DNA from: Eledone cirrhosa
Lineage: Eukaryota
Reading direction: 5' to 3'
Length of the DNA stretch: 64,000 bases
NCBI GenBank assembly: GCA_964016885.1
Contig: OZ024741.1
Location: 218,240,001-218,304,000, forward strand
Positions 28,901-45,800 of this stretch are shown here, in pieces (position 1 is the first letter of the stretch; each line of letters opens with the position of its first letter). The position numbers were made by a program, and so were the translations under genes. Below the pieces are notes generated by a model, which did no database searches, was not told where the DNA came from, and saw only the letters and a program-made list of their open reading frames with translations.

Positions 28901-31900
28901 TCACATATACTAACATAGCCTCACATAGACACACATAGACACACATAGACTCACATAGAATGACATAGAGTGACAGACTCACATACACAGATAGACACAC
29001 ATAAACACACATAGGCTCATATAGACGCACATAGACTCTCATAGACACACATAGACTCACATAGACACACATAGACACACATAGACTCGCATAGACTCAC
29101 ATAGACTCACATAGAGTGACATAGACTCACATACACACATAGATACACATAGACACACATAGACACACATAGACACGCATAGAGTCATATAGACATACAT
29201 AGACACAGATAAACGCACATAGACACACATAGACACACATAGTCTCACATAGACACACATAGACACACATAGACTCATATAGACACACATAGACTCACAT
29301 AGGCTCACATAGACTCACATAGACTCACATAGACACATAAATACACAGATAGACTCACATAGACTCAAATAAATTCACATACACTCACATAGACTCACAT
29401 AGACTTACATAGACACATATACACAAATAGACTCACTTAGACTCACATAGACTCACATAGACACAAATAGACACAGATAGACACACATAGACCCACATAG
29501 ACTCACATAGAGAGACATAGACTGAGATAGACACACATAGACACACGTAGACACACATAGACTCACATAGACACACACATAGAGACATATAGACACACAT
29601 AGGCTGACATAGACTCATATAGACTCACATAGACTCATATAGACTCACATAGACTGACATAGACTCACATAGACTCAAATAGACACACATAGACTCATAT
29701 ACACACATAGGCTCATATAGACTCACATAGACTCCAATAGACTCACATGGACTCACATAGACACACATGCAAACATAGACGCACATAGACACACATAGAC
29801 TCACATAGACACACATAGACAGACATAGACACACATAGACTCACATAGACACACATATACTCACATACACACATAGACACACATAGACACACTTAGACAC
29901 ACATAGACTCATATAGACTCACATAGACTCGCATAGACACACGTATACTCATATACACACATGAGCTCATATAGATTCACGTAGACTCCAATAGACTGGT
30001 ATCACATAGAAACACATACACACATAGACTCACATAGACAAACATAGACTCACCTATACACATATAGACATACATAGACGGTCATAGACTCTCATAGACA
30101 CACATTGACACACATAGACACACATAGACACACTTAGACACACATAGACACACATATACTTACATAGACGCACATAGACAAACATAGACTCACATAGACA
30201 CACATAGACACACATAGACTCACATAGACTCATATAGACACACATAGACCTACATAGACTCACATAGACACACATAGACTCGCATACAGACATAGACTCA
30301 TATAGAATTACATAGACACACATAGACACACAAAGACACACATAGACACACATAGACTCACATAGACTCATACAGACTCACATAGACCCACGTAGACACT
30401 CATAGACTTACATAGTCAGACCTAGACACACATAGACTCATATACACACACATAGACTTACATAGACTCACATAGACTCACATAGACTCACATAGACTCA
30501 CATAGACTCACGTAGACACCCATAGACACACATAGAAACATACAGACTCACATAGACTCACATAGACTCACATAGACTCACTTAGACAAATATAGACACA
30601 CATAGACACACATAGTCAGACCTAGACACACATAGACACACATAGACGCATAGACGCAGACATAATCATATAGACACACATAGACACACATAGACCCACA
30701 TAGGCTCACATAGACTTGCATGAACTCACATAGACACACATACACACATAGACTCACATAGAAACACATAGGCTCACATAGATACACATAGACACATATA
30801 GACTCACATAGACATACATAGACAGATATAGACAGATATAGACTCTCGTAGACACACATAGACACACATGGACACACATAGACACACATAGACTTACATA
30901 GACTCACATAGACTTACATAGCCTCACATAGACACACATAAACACACATAGACTTACATAGACTTACATAGACTCACATAGACACACATAGACTCACATA
31001 GACTCACATAGACTTACATAGCCGCACATAGACACACATAGACACACATAGACATACATGGACACACATAGACTCACGTAGACTCACATAGACACACAGA
31101 CACACGTAGACACACATAGACTCATATAGACTCACATAGACTCACATAGACACACACGGACTCACATAGACACTTATAGACTCACATAGGATCACATAAA
31201 CACACATAGACTCACGTAGACACACATGGAATCACATAGACTCACATACACACACATAGACTCACATAGTCACACATAGACTCACATAGACACATATAGA
31301 CTCACATAGACTCATATAGACACACATTGACTCGCATAGATTCACATAGACTCACATAGACTCACTTAGACACACATAAACGCACATAGACACACGTAGA
31401 CACATATAGACTCACATAGAATCACATAGACACACATGGACTCACAAAGACACTTATAGATTCACCTATACCACATAAACACACATAGACTCACATAGAC
31501 ACACATAGACTCACATAGACTCATATAGACACAAATAGACACACATAGACACACATAGACTCAAATAGACTCACATAGACAAACATAGACTCACATAGAC
31601 ACACATAGACACACATAGACCTACACAGACACACATAGACTCACATAGACACACATAGATTCGCATACAGACATAGACTCATATAGACTTACATAGACAC
31701 ACATCGACACACATAGACACATATTGACTCATATAGACTCAAATAGACTCACATAGACTCACGTAGACACACATAGTGACACATAGACACACACAGACTC
31801 ACATAGACTAACATAGACTCACATAGACTCACTTAGACACACATAGACACACATAGACTCACATAGTCACATCTAGACACACTTAGACACACATAGACTC

Positions 31901-34900
31901 ACATAGACCCACATAGACTCACATAGACTCACATAGACTCACGTAGACACACATAGACACATATAGACACACATAGACTCACATAGACTCACATAGACCC
32001 ACATAGACTCACATAGATTAACGTGGACACACATAGACACACATAGACACACACAAACTCACATAGACTCACATAGACTAAGTTAGACACACATAGACAC
32101 ACATAGACTCACATAGTCACACCTAGACACACATAGACACACATAGACTCACATAGACGCATATACACAGACATACTCATATAGACTCACATAGACTCAC
32201 ATAGACACACATAGACTCACATAGACTCACATAGACTTATATGGACTCCAATAGACACACATACACACATGGTCTCACATAGACACACATAGACACACAT
32301 AGACTCACATAGACACACATAGACACACATAGACACACATAGACTCATATAGACACCATTAGATAAACATAGACTCACATAGACTCACATAGACACACAT
32401 AGACTCACATAGACTCACATACACTATCATACACACATAGACTGACATAGACACACATAGACATACATAGACTCACATAGAATCACATAGACTTGCATGA
32501 ACTCACATAGACACACATACACACATAGACTCACATAGAAACACATAGACTCACATAGATACACATAGACACATATAGATTCACATAGACACACATAGAC
32601 AGATATAGACAGACATATACTCTCATAGACACACATAGACACACATGGACACACATAGACACACATAGACTTAGATAGACTCACATAGACTCACATTGAC
32701 TCACATAGACTCACATAGACACACTTAGACTTACATAGACTCACATAGACTTACATAGATTCACATAGACTTACATAGCCTCACATAGACACACATAGAC
32801 ACACATAGACTTACATAGACTTACATAGACTCACATAGACACACACAGACTCACATAGACTCACATTGACTTACATAGCCGCACATAGACACACATAGAC
32901 ACACATAGACATACATAGACACACATAGACTCACATAGACTCACATAGACACACATGGACTCACATAGACTCTTCTAGACTCACATATACACACAAAAAC
33001 ACACATAGACTCACGTGGACACACATAGAATAACATAGACTCACATATACACACATAGACTCACATAGTCACACATAGAGTCACATAGACACATATAGAC
33101 TCACATAGACTCATACAGACACACATTGACCCGCATAGACTCATATAGACTCACATAGACTCACATAGACACACATGGACTCACAAAGATTCTTATAGAC
33201 TCACATATACCACATAAACACACATAGACTCACATAGACACACATAGACTCACATAGACTCACATAGACTCAAGTAGACACACATAGACACATATAGACA
33301 CACATAGACTCACATAGACTCACATAGACTCACATAGACTCACATAGACTAACGTAGACACACATAGACACACATAGACACACACAAACTCACATAGACT
33401 CACATAGACTAAGTTAGACACACATAGACACACATAGACTCACATAGTCACACCTAGACACACATAGACACACATAGACTCACATAGACGCATATACACA
33501 GACATACTCATATAGACTCACATAGACTCACATAGACACACATAGACTCACATAGACTCACATAGACTTATATGGACTCCAATAGACACACATACACACA
33601 TGGTCTCACATAGACACACATAGACACACATAGACTCACATAGACTCACATAGACTTATATGGACTCCAATAGACACACATACACACATGGTCTCACATA
33701 GACACACATAGACTCACATAGACTCACATAGACTCACATACACTATCATACACACATAGACTGACATATACACACATAGACATACATAGACTCACATAGA
33801 ATCACATAGACTTGCATGAACTCACATAGACACACATACACACATAGACTCACATAGAAACACATAGACTCACATAGATACACATAGACACATATAGACT
33901 CACATAGACACACATAGACAGATATAGACAGACATAGACTCTCATAGACACACATAGACACACATAGACACACATAGACACACATAGACTTAGATAGACT
34001 CACATAGACTCACATAGACTCACATAGACTCACATAGACACACTTAGACTTACATAGACTCACATAGACATACATAGATTCACATAGACTTACATAGCCT
34101 CACATAGACACACATAGACACACATAGACTTACATAGACTTACATAGACTCACATAGACACACACAGACTCACATAGACTCACATAGACTTACATAGCCG
34201 CACATAGACACACATAGACACACATAGACATGCATAGACACACATAGACTCACATAGACTCACATAGACACACATGGACTCACATAGACTCTTCTAGACT
34301 CACATAGACACACAAAAACACACATAGACTCACGAAGACACACATAGAATAACATAGACTCACATACACACACATAGACTCACATAGTCAGACATAGACT
34401 CACATAGACACATATAGACTCACACAGACTCATACAGACACACATTGACCCGCATAGATTCACATAGACTCACATAGACTCACTTAGACACACATAGACT
34501 CATATCGTCCTACATAGACTCACATAGTCACACGTAGGCTCATATACACACATATGCTCATATAGACTCACATTGCCTCCAATAGACTCACATGGAATCA
34601 CATAGACATACATACACACATAGACTCACATAGACACACATAGAGTCACATAGACACATACAGACAGACATAAACGGAGATAGACTCTCATCGACACACA
34701 TTAACACACATAGACATACATAGACACACATAGACTCACATAGACACAAATAGACACACATAGACACACATAGACTCAAATAGACTCACATAGACAAACA
34801 TAGACTCACATAGACACACATAGACACACATAGACCTACACAGACACACATAGACTCACATAGACACACATAGATTCGCACACAGACATAGACTCATATA

Positions 34901-37900
34901 GACTTACATAGACACACATCGACACACATAGACACATATTGACTCATATAGACTCAAATAGACTCACATAGACTCACGTAGACACACATAGTGACACATA
35001 GACACACACAGACTCACATAGACTAACATAGACTCACATAGACTCACTTAGACACACATAGACACACATAGACTCACATAGTCACATCTAGACACACATC
35101 GACACACATAGACACATATTGACTCATATAGACTCAAATAGACTCACATAGACTCACGTAGACACACATAGTGACACATAGACACACACAGACTCACATA
35201 GACTAACATAGACTCACATAGACTCACATAGACCCACATAGACTCACATAGACTCACATAGACCCACATAGACTCACATAGATTAACGTGGACACACATA
35301 GACACACATAGACACACACAAACTCACATAGACTCACATAGACTAAGTTAGACACACATAGACACACATAGACTCACATAGTCACACCTAGACACACATA
35401 GACACACATAGACTCACATAGACGCATATACACAGACATACTCATATAGACTCACATAGACTCACATAGACACACATAGACTCACATAGACTCACATAGA
35501 CTTATATGAACTCCAATAGACACACATACACACATGGTCTCACATAGACACACATAGACACACATAGACTCACATAGACACACATAGACACACATAGACA
35601 CACATAGACTCATATAGACACCATTAGATAAACATAGACTCACATAGACTCACATAGACACACATAGACTCACATAGACTCACATACACTATCATACACA
35701 CATAGACTGACATAGACACACATAGACATACATAGACTCACATAGAATCACATAGACTTGCATGAACTCACATAGACACACATACACACATAGACTCACA
35801 TAGAAACACATAGACTCACATAGATACACATAGACACATATAGATTCACATAGACACACATAGACAGATATAGACAGACATAGACTCTCATAGACACACA
35901 TAGACACACATGGACACACATAGACACACATAGACTTAGATAGACTCACATAGACTCACATTGACTCACATAGACTCACATAGACACACTTAGACTTACA
36001 TAGACTCACATAGACTTACATAGATTCACATAGACTTACATAGCCTCACATAGACACACATAGACACACATAGACTTACATAGACTTACATAGACTCACA
36101 TAGACACACACAGACTCACATAGACTCACATTGACTTACATAGCCGCACATAGACACACATAGACACACATAGACATACATAGACACACATAGACTCACA
36201 TAGACTCACATAGACACACATGGACTCACATAGACTCTTCTAGACTCACATAGACACACAAAAACACACATAGACTCACGTGGACACACATAGAATAACA
36301 TAGACTCACATACACACACATAGACTCACATAGTCACACATAGAGTCACATAGACACATATAGACTCACATAGACTCATACAGACACACATTGACCCGCA
36401 TAGATTCACATAGACTCACATAGACTCACTTAGACGCACATAAACGCACATAGCCACACGTAGACTCATATAGACTCACATAGACTCACATAGACACACA
36501 TGGACTCACAAAGATTCTTATAGACTCACATATACCACATAAACACACATAGACTCACATAGACACACATAGACTCACATAGACTCACATAGACTCAAGT
36601 AGACACACATAGACACATATAGACACACATAGACTCACATAGACTCACATAGACTCACATAGACTCACATAGACTAACGTAGACACACATAGACACACAT
36701 AGACACACACAAACTCACATAGACTCACATAGACTAAGTTAGACACACATAGACTCTTCTAGACTCACATAGACACACAAAAACACACATAGACTCACGT
36801 GGACACACATAGAATAACATAGACTCACATACACACACATAGACTCACATAGTCACACATAGAGTCACATAGACACATATAGACTCACATAGACTCATAC
36901 AGACACACATTGACCCGCATAGATTCACATAGACTCACATAGACTCACTTAGACGCACATAAACGCACATAGCCACACGTAGACTCATATAGACTCACAT
37001 AGACTCACATAGACACACATGGACTCACAAAGATTCTTATAGACTCACATATACCACATAAACACACATAGACTCACATAGACACACATAGACTCACATA
37101 GACTCACATAGACTCAAGTAGACACACATAGACACACATAGACACACACAAACTCACATAGACTCACATAGACTAAGTTAGACACACATAGACACACATA
37201 GACTCACATAGTCACACCTAGACACACATAGACACACATAGACTCACATAGACGCATATACACAGACATACTCATATAGACTCACATAGACTCACATAGA
37301 CACACATAGACTCACATAGACTCACATAGACTTATATGGACTCCAATAGACACACATACACACATGGTCTCACATAGACACACATAGACACACATAGACT
37401 CACATAGACTCACATAGACTTATATGGACTCCAATAGACACACATACACACATGGTCTCACATAGACACACATAGACTCACATAGACTCACATAGACTCA
37501 CATACACTATCATACACACATAGACTGACATAGACACACATAGACATACATAGACTCACATAGAATCACATAGACTTGCATGAACTCACATAGACACACA
37601 TACACACATAGACTCACATAGAAACACATAGACTCACATAGATACACATAGACACATATAGACTCACATAGACACACATAGACAGATATAGACAGACATA
37701 GACTCTCATAGACACACATAGACACACATAGACACACATAGACACACATAGACTTAGATAGACTCACATAGACTCACATAGACTCACATAGACTCACATA
37801 GACACACTTAGACTTACATAGACTCACATAGACATACATAGATTCACATAGACTTACATAGCCTCACATAGACACACATAGACACACATAGACTTACATA

Positions 37901-40900
37901 GACTTACATAGACTCACATAGACACACACAGACTCACATAGACTCACATAGACTTACATAGCCGCACATAGACACACATAGACACACATAGACATGCATA
38001 GACACACATAGACTCACATAGACTCACATAGACACACATGGACTCACATAGACTCTTCTAGACTCACATAGACACACAAAAACACACATAGACTCACGTA
38101 GACACGCATAGAATAACATAGACTCACATACACACACATAGACTCACATAGTCACACATAGACTCACATAGACACATATAGTCTCACACAGACTCATACA
38201 GACACACATTGACCGGCATAGATTCACATAGACTCACATAGACTCACTTAGACGCACATAAACGCACATAGCCACACGTAGACTCATATAGACTCACATA
38301 GACTCACATAGACACACATGGACTCACAAATATTCTTATAGACTCACATATACCACATAAACACACATAGACTCACATAGACACTCATAGACTCACATAG
38401 ACTCATATAGACACACATAGACCCATATAGATACACATAGACACATATAGACTCCACTTGACTCACATAGACTCACATAGACACAGATAGACTCACATAG
38501 ACTCAGATAGACAAACATAGCCATACATAGCCTCACGTAGACACACATAGACACACATCGACTTACATAGACACACATAGACACACATAGACTCACATAG
38601 ACTCACATAGACTCACATAGACTCCCATAGGCTCACATAGACGCAGCTAGACACACATAGACACACATAGACAGAAATAGATTCATATACACACATAGAC
38701 TCATATAGATTACATAAACTCACATAGACACACATAGACACACATAGGCTCACATAGACTCACATAGACACACAAATACACAGATAGACTCACATAGACT
38801 CAAATATATTCCCATAGACTCACATAGACTCACATAGACTTACATAGACACATAGACACAAATAGACTCACTTAGGCTCACATAGACTCATATAGACACA
38901 AATAGACACACATAAACACACATAGACCCACATAGACTCACATAGACAGACATATACTCAGATATACACACATAGACACACATAGACACACATAGACTCA
39001 CATAGACACACATAGACACACATAGACACACATAGACTGACATAGATTCATATAGACTCACATAGACTCATATAGACTCACATAGACTCACATAGACTCA
39101 CATAGGCACACATAGACTCACATATACACACATAGACTCATATACACTTATAGGCTCATATAGACTCACATAGACTCACATAGACTCCAATAGACTCACA
39201 TGGACTCACATAGCCACACATACACACATAGACTCACATAGACACACATAGACACACATAGACTCACATGGACACACATATACTCACATACACACATAGA
39301 CACACATAGACTCACATAGACACACATAGACACACATAGACACACATAGACTCATATAGTCCTACATAGACTCACATACACACACGTAGACTCATATACA
39401 CACATAGGCTCATATAGACTCACATTGACTCCAATAGACTCACATGGAATCACATAGACATACATACACACATAGACTCACATAGACACACATAGACTCA
39501 CATAGACACATATAGACAGACATAGACAAACATAGACTCACATAGACACACATAGACACACATAGACCTACATAGACACACATAGACTCACATAGACACA
39601 CATAGGCTCGCATACACACATAGACTCATATAGACACTCATAGACACACATAGACACACATTGACTCATACAGACTCAAATAGACACACATAGACTCACG
39701 TAGACGCACATAGTCACACATAGACACACATAGACTCACATAGACTCACATAGACTCACGTAGACTCACATAGACTTAGTTAGACACACATAGACACACA
39801 TAGACTCACATAGTCACACCTAGACACACATAGACATACATAGACTCACATAGACGCATATACACAGACATACTCATAAGGCTCACATAGACTCACATAG
39901 ACACACATAGACTCACATAGATTTACATAGACTTACATCGACACACATAGACACACATAGACACACATAGACTCATATAGACACCATTAGATACAGATAG
40001 ACTCACATAGACTCACATAGACACACATAGACTCACATAGACACACATAGACTCAGTTAGACTCCCATAGGCTCACATAGACTGAGCTAGACACACATAG
40101 ACACACGTAGACATTAATAGACTCATATACACACTTAGACTCAAATAGACTCACATAGACTCACTTAGACTCACATAGACTCACATAGACACACATAGAC
40201 ACACATAGGCTCTCATAGACTTACATAGACACACAAATACACAGATAGACTCACATAGACTCAAATTTATTCCCATAGACTCACATAGACACACATAGAC
40301 TCACATAGACACACATAGACTCAGTTAGACTCCCATAGGCTCACATAGACTGAGCTAGACACACATAGACACACGTAGACATTAATAGACTCATATACAC
40401 ACTTAGACTCAAATAGACTCACATAGACTCACTTAGACTCACATAGACTCACATAGACACACATAGACACACATAGGCTCTCATAGACTTACATAGACAC
40501 ACAAATACACAGATAGACTCACATAGACTCAAATTTATTCCCATAGACTCACATAGACTCACATAGACTTACATAGACACATAGACACAAATAGACTCAC
40601 CTAGACTCACATAGACTCATATAGACACAAATAGACACACATAGACACACATAGATCCACATAGACAGACATAGACTCAGATAGAGACACATAGACACAC
40701 ATAGACTCGAATAGACTCACATGGACTCACATAGACACACATACACACATAGACTAACATAGACTCACATAGACTTATATAGACTCACATAGACTTACAT
40801 AACCTCACATAGACACACATATACACACATAGACTTACATAGACACACATAGACTCACATAGACACCCATAGACACACATAGACACACATAGACACACAT

Positions 40901-41235
40901 AGAATCATATAGACACACCTAGACATACATAGACTCACATAGACTCACATAGACAGGCATAGACTTACATAGACTCACATAGACTTACATAGCCTCACAT
41001 AGACACACATAGACACACAGACTTACATAGACTCACATAGACTCACATAGACTGACATAGACACACATAGACTCACATAGACACCCATAGACTCACATAG
41101 ACTCACATAGACTCACATAGACACACATAGACACACATAGACACACATAGGCACACATAGACACACATAGACTTACATATACTTACATAGACTCACATAG
41201 ACTCACATGGATTCACATAGACTCACATAGACTCT
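16945..41235. repeat. ~24 kb 10-bp satellite (GACACACATA/GACTCACATA) with higher-order duplications
   Basis: Continuous tandem decamers. Identical variant strings recur, e.g. ORFs 21436-21663 and 26472-26699 translate identically. Confidence 0.98.
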
Positions 41236-41830
41236 CATACACCCAGACACATGCATATACACGTACACACATACACACATTGACACATACAGATACATAT
41301 ACACACATACACAGATACACACACAAACAAACGCACACAGCCGCCTTCACGTCCACACACATTCATACAAACATACATACAGACATAAACTGACACATAC
41401 GCACAAATACACACACACACATGTACATGCACACACACACACATGCAAACACACGTACATGCACAAACACATACAAACACACATGTACATGCACACACAC
41501 TTGTACATACACAGACATGTACATGCACACACATGTACATACACACACATGTACATACACACACATGTACATTCACACACATGTACATACACACACATGT
41601 ACATACACACACATGTACATATACACAGATACACATATACAAACACACACAAATACACATACATACATAAACTCACACAGACGCCCCCACTCCAGATACA
41701 CAAACACAACCACATCCACACAGGCACACGTAGACACTCATACATACATTTATACATACATACATACATACATACATACATACATACATACATACATACA
41801 TACATACATACATACATACATACATACATA
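41236..41830. repeat. CA-rich 16-bp (ACACACATGTACATAC) and (CATA)n repeats
   Basis: Seen directly. Confidence 0.9.
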
Positions 41831-41831
41831 C

Positions 41832-42043
41832 GAGCTTGGACCAAAGTATGACTGAACTTGGATTTGCGGACAAAGAGCGCAGCTCCCTAATTTATAGTCT
41901 ACAAATGGCTGCGATAGCTGGCACCTTCAAAATTTGCAAAATATTCTTGCGATTCAAGGGATGACAATTTCTTTTCTTTTACAACCTTGCCACCAGGAAG
42001 GTGGCCGGTCAAAACAATATACTCGAAATTAAGAGAAAGAGAT
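41832..42043 (+). mobile_element. R4/Dong-like RLE retrotransposon extreme 3' end
   Basis: 41833-41964 reads SLDQSMTELGFADKERSSLIYSLQMAAIAGTFKICKIFLRFKG*, resembling the R4-clade C-terminal LQ.....GT.KI.K.FL motif. Flanked on both sides by (CATA)n. Confidence 0.55.
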
Positions 42044-42044
42044 A

Positions 42045-42706
42045 ACATACATACATTTATACATACATACATTTATACATACATGCATACATACATGGCG
42101 GCTGCCAACTCGTTTTCGAGTACGGCCACTACTTTATATCCATGTAGGAGAACCCCTACCGATGCGCTGAACGAGTGTGACTTTTTAGTCCAGCCAGCGA
42201 CTTGAAAACTCTGGTACAAACACTACACTTGTGACAATTATTGACATATAGTGCTGGGCCCATGGTACCATGTGACGACAAGTGCAGAGAGATCTCCAGA
42301 TATAAAGCAATGCCTGTGCCGTGAAGCTTTTACAGTGAGCAAAGGCACTGCACAAAGCCAGTCCCACTCTCTTAACCAAGATGATATTTACCAAAAAGAA
42401 GAACAAGTCAACATCATTGGGTACCATCAGGGATGCAGGTGTTATATCAGAGTTTTCCTTCTCCAAGAATTCTGCCTTGACAAAGGCTAAGGGGTCATCT
42501 CTCCCGGTGATTTTGGATGGCCATTGACTCTTAAGAGCTCCTTTGCCCTTTGACAGGTTTTGTTTTTAGTCCTGCAGGATGTCCAAAGTCACCACCCTCC
42601 TCACCAAGAAACCTTGGTGGGGTTGCCAGTTTAGTCGCCAACGACCCGACCATGAGAGAGGTTGTACTGGGTACATGTTACCAGTAGCACCAACTGGTGA
42701 CCTGAC
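42045..42706 (-). mobile_element. Short RTE-derived non-autonomous element with (ATGT)n tail
   Basis: Minus strand has an RTE-like 5' UTR, a C2H2 finger HKCSVCTRVFKSLAGLKSHTRSAHR* (42233-42156), a 3' hairpin CTCG-AAAA-CGAG, then GCCGCC(ATGT)n. Confidence 0.7.
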
Positions 42707-42849
42707 ATACATACATACATACATACATACATACATACATACATACATACATACATACATTTATACATACATACATTTATACATACATACACATACACAC
42801 ACGAAGAGATCCACACAGACACGCACAAATACACTCACAGGCCAAATCT

Positions 42850-45800
42850 CACACACACACACATAGACACCCACACACTCACACACACATAGACACCCCC
42901 CACACACACATAGAGACCCCCACACACATAGACACCCCCCACACACACATAGACACCCCCACACATATATACACCCCCCACACACATAGACACCCCCCAC
43001 ACATATATACACCCCCACACACATAGACACCATCACTCACATAGACACCCCCCACACACACAAAGACACCCCAACACACACATAGACACCCCCACACATA
43101 TATACACCCCCACACACACATAGACACACCCCACACATAGACACCCCCACACGCACATATACACCCCCCCACACATAGACACCCCCACACTCACACACAC
43201 ACATAGACACCCACACACTCACACATACACATAGACACCCCCACACAATTACACACCCCACACACACATACACCCCACACACACATATATACCCCATACA
43301 CACAGAGACACCCCACTCACATAGACAACCCCCACACACACATAGACACCCCCACACATATATACACCCCGCACACACATAGACACCCCGACACATATAT
43401 ACACCCCACACACATAGACACCCCCACACACACATAGACACCCCCCACACATAGACACCCCCACACACACATAGACACCCCCCACACACACATAGACACC
43501 CCCCACACACACATAGACAGCCCCACACATATATACACCCCACACACACATAGACACCCCCACACATATATACACCCCACACACACATAGACACCCCCCA
43601 CACATATATACACCCCCACACACATAGACACCATCACGCACATAGACACCCCCCACACACACAAAGACACCCCAACACACACATAGACACCCCCACACAT
43701 ATATACACCCCCACACACACATAGACACCCCCCACACATAGACACCCCCACACACACACATAGACACCCCACACACACATAGACAGCCCCACACATATAT
43801 ACACTCCACACACACATAGACACCCCCACACATATATACACCCCACACATACATAGACACCCTCCACACATATATACACCCCCACACACATAGACACCAT
43901 CACTCACATAGACACCCCACACACACACAAAGACACCCCAACACACACATAGACATCCCCACACATATATACACCCCCCCACACACATAGACACCCCCCA
44001 CACATAGACACCCCCACACACACATAGACACCCCCCACACATAGACATCCCCACACTCACACACACATAGACACCCCCCACACACATAGACACCCCCCAC
44101 ACACATAGACACCCCACGCACACACATAGACACCTCACCACATACATAGACACCCCCCACACACACATAGACACCCCACCACATACATAGACACCCCCCA
44201 CACACACATAGACACCTCACCACATACATAGACACCCCCCACACACACATAGACACCTCCACACACACATAGACACGCCACCACATACATAGACACCCCA
44301 CACACACATAGACACCCCCACACACATAGAAACCCCACACACACATAGACACCCCACACACACGTAGACACCCCCCCACACACATAGACACCCCACACAC
44401 ACATAGACACCCCCACACACACATAGACACCCCACACACACATAGACACCCCACACACAGATAGACACCCCACACACAGATAGACACACCACACACATGT
44501 AGACACCCCACCACACACATAGACACCCCACCACACACATAGACACCCCACACACACATAGACACCCCACACACACATAGACACCCCCCACACACATAGA
44601 CACCCCCCCACACACATAGGCACCCCACACACAAATATATACACACCCTACACACATAGACACCCCCCACACACATAGACACCCCACACACACATAGACA
44701 CCCGACACACACATAGACACCCCGCACACACATAGACACCCCACACACACACTTACACATACACACACACACACTTACAATACACATAGACACACACACA
44801 CATAGACACCCCCACACACGTAGACACCCCACACACACATAGACACCCCACACACACATAGACACCCCACACACACGTAGACACCCCACCACACACATAG
44901 ACATCCCACACACACATTGACACCCCACACACAGATAGACACCCCACACACACATAGACACCCCACACACAGATAGACACCCCACACACAGATAGACACC
45001 CCACACACACATGATAACCCCCCACACACATAGACACCCCACACACACATGATAACCTCCCACACACATAGACACCCCACACATACATAGACACCCCCAC
45101 ACACACATAGACACCCCCACACACACATAGACACCCCACCACACACATAGACATCCCACACACACATTGACACCCCACACACAGATAGACACCCCACACA
45201 CACATAGACACCCCACACACAGATAGACACCCCACACACAGATAGACACCCCCACACACACATGATAACCCCCACACACATAGACACCCCACACACACAT
45301 GATAACCTCCGACACACATAGACACCGCACACACACATAGACACCCCACACACAGATAGACACCCCACACACAGATAGACACCCCACACACACATGATAA
45401 CCCCCCACACACATAGACACCCCACACACACATGATAACCTCCCACACAGATAGACACCCCACACACACATAGACACCCCACACACACATGATAACCTCC
45501 CGCACATATAGACACCCCACACACACATAGACACCCCACACACACATGATAACCTCCCACACACATAAACACCCCACACACACATAGACACCCCACACAC
45601 ACATGATAACCCCCCACACACATAGACACCCCACACACACATAGACACCCCCACACGCATAGACACCCCACCACACACATAGACACCCCACCACACACAT
45701 AGACACCCCCACACACACATAGACACCCCCACACACACATAGACACCCCACACACACATAGACACCCCACACACACATAGACACCCCACACACGCATAGA

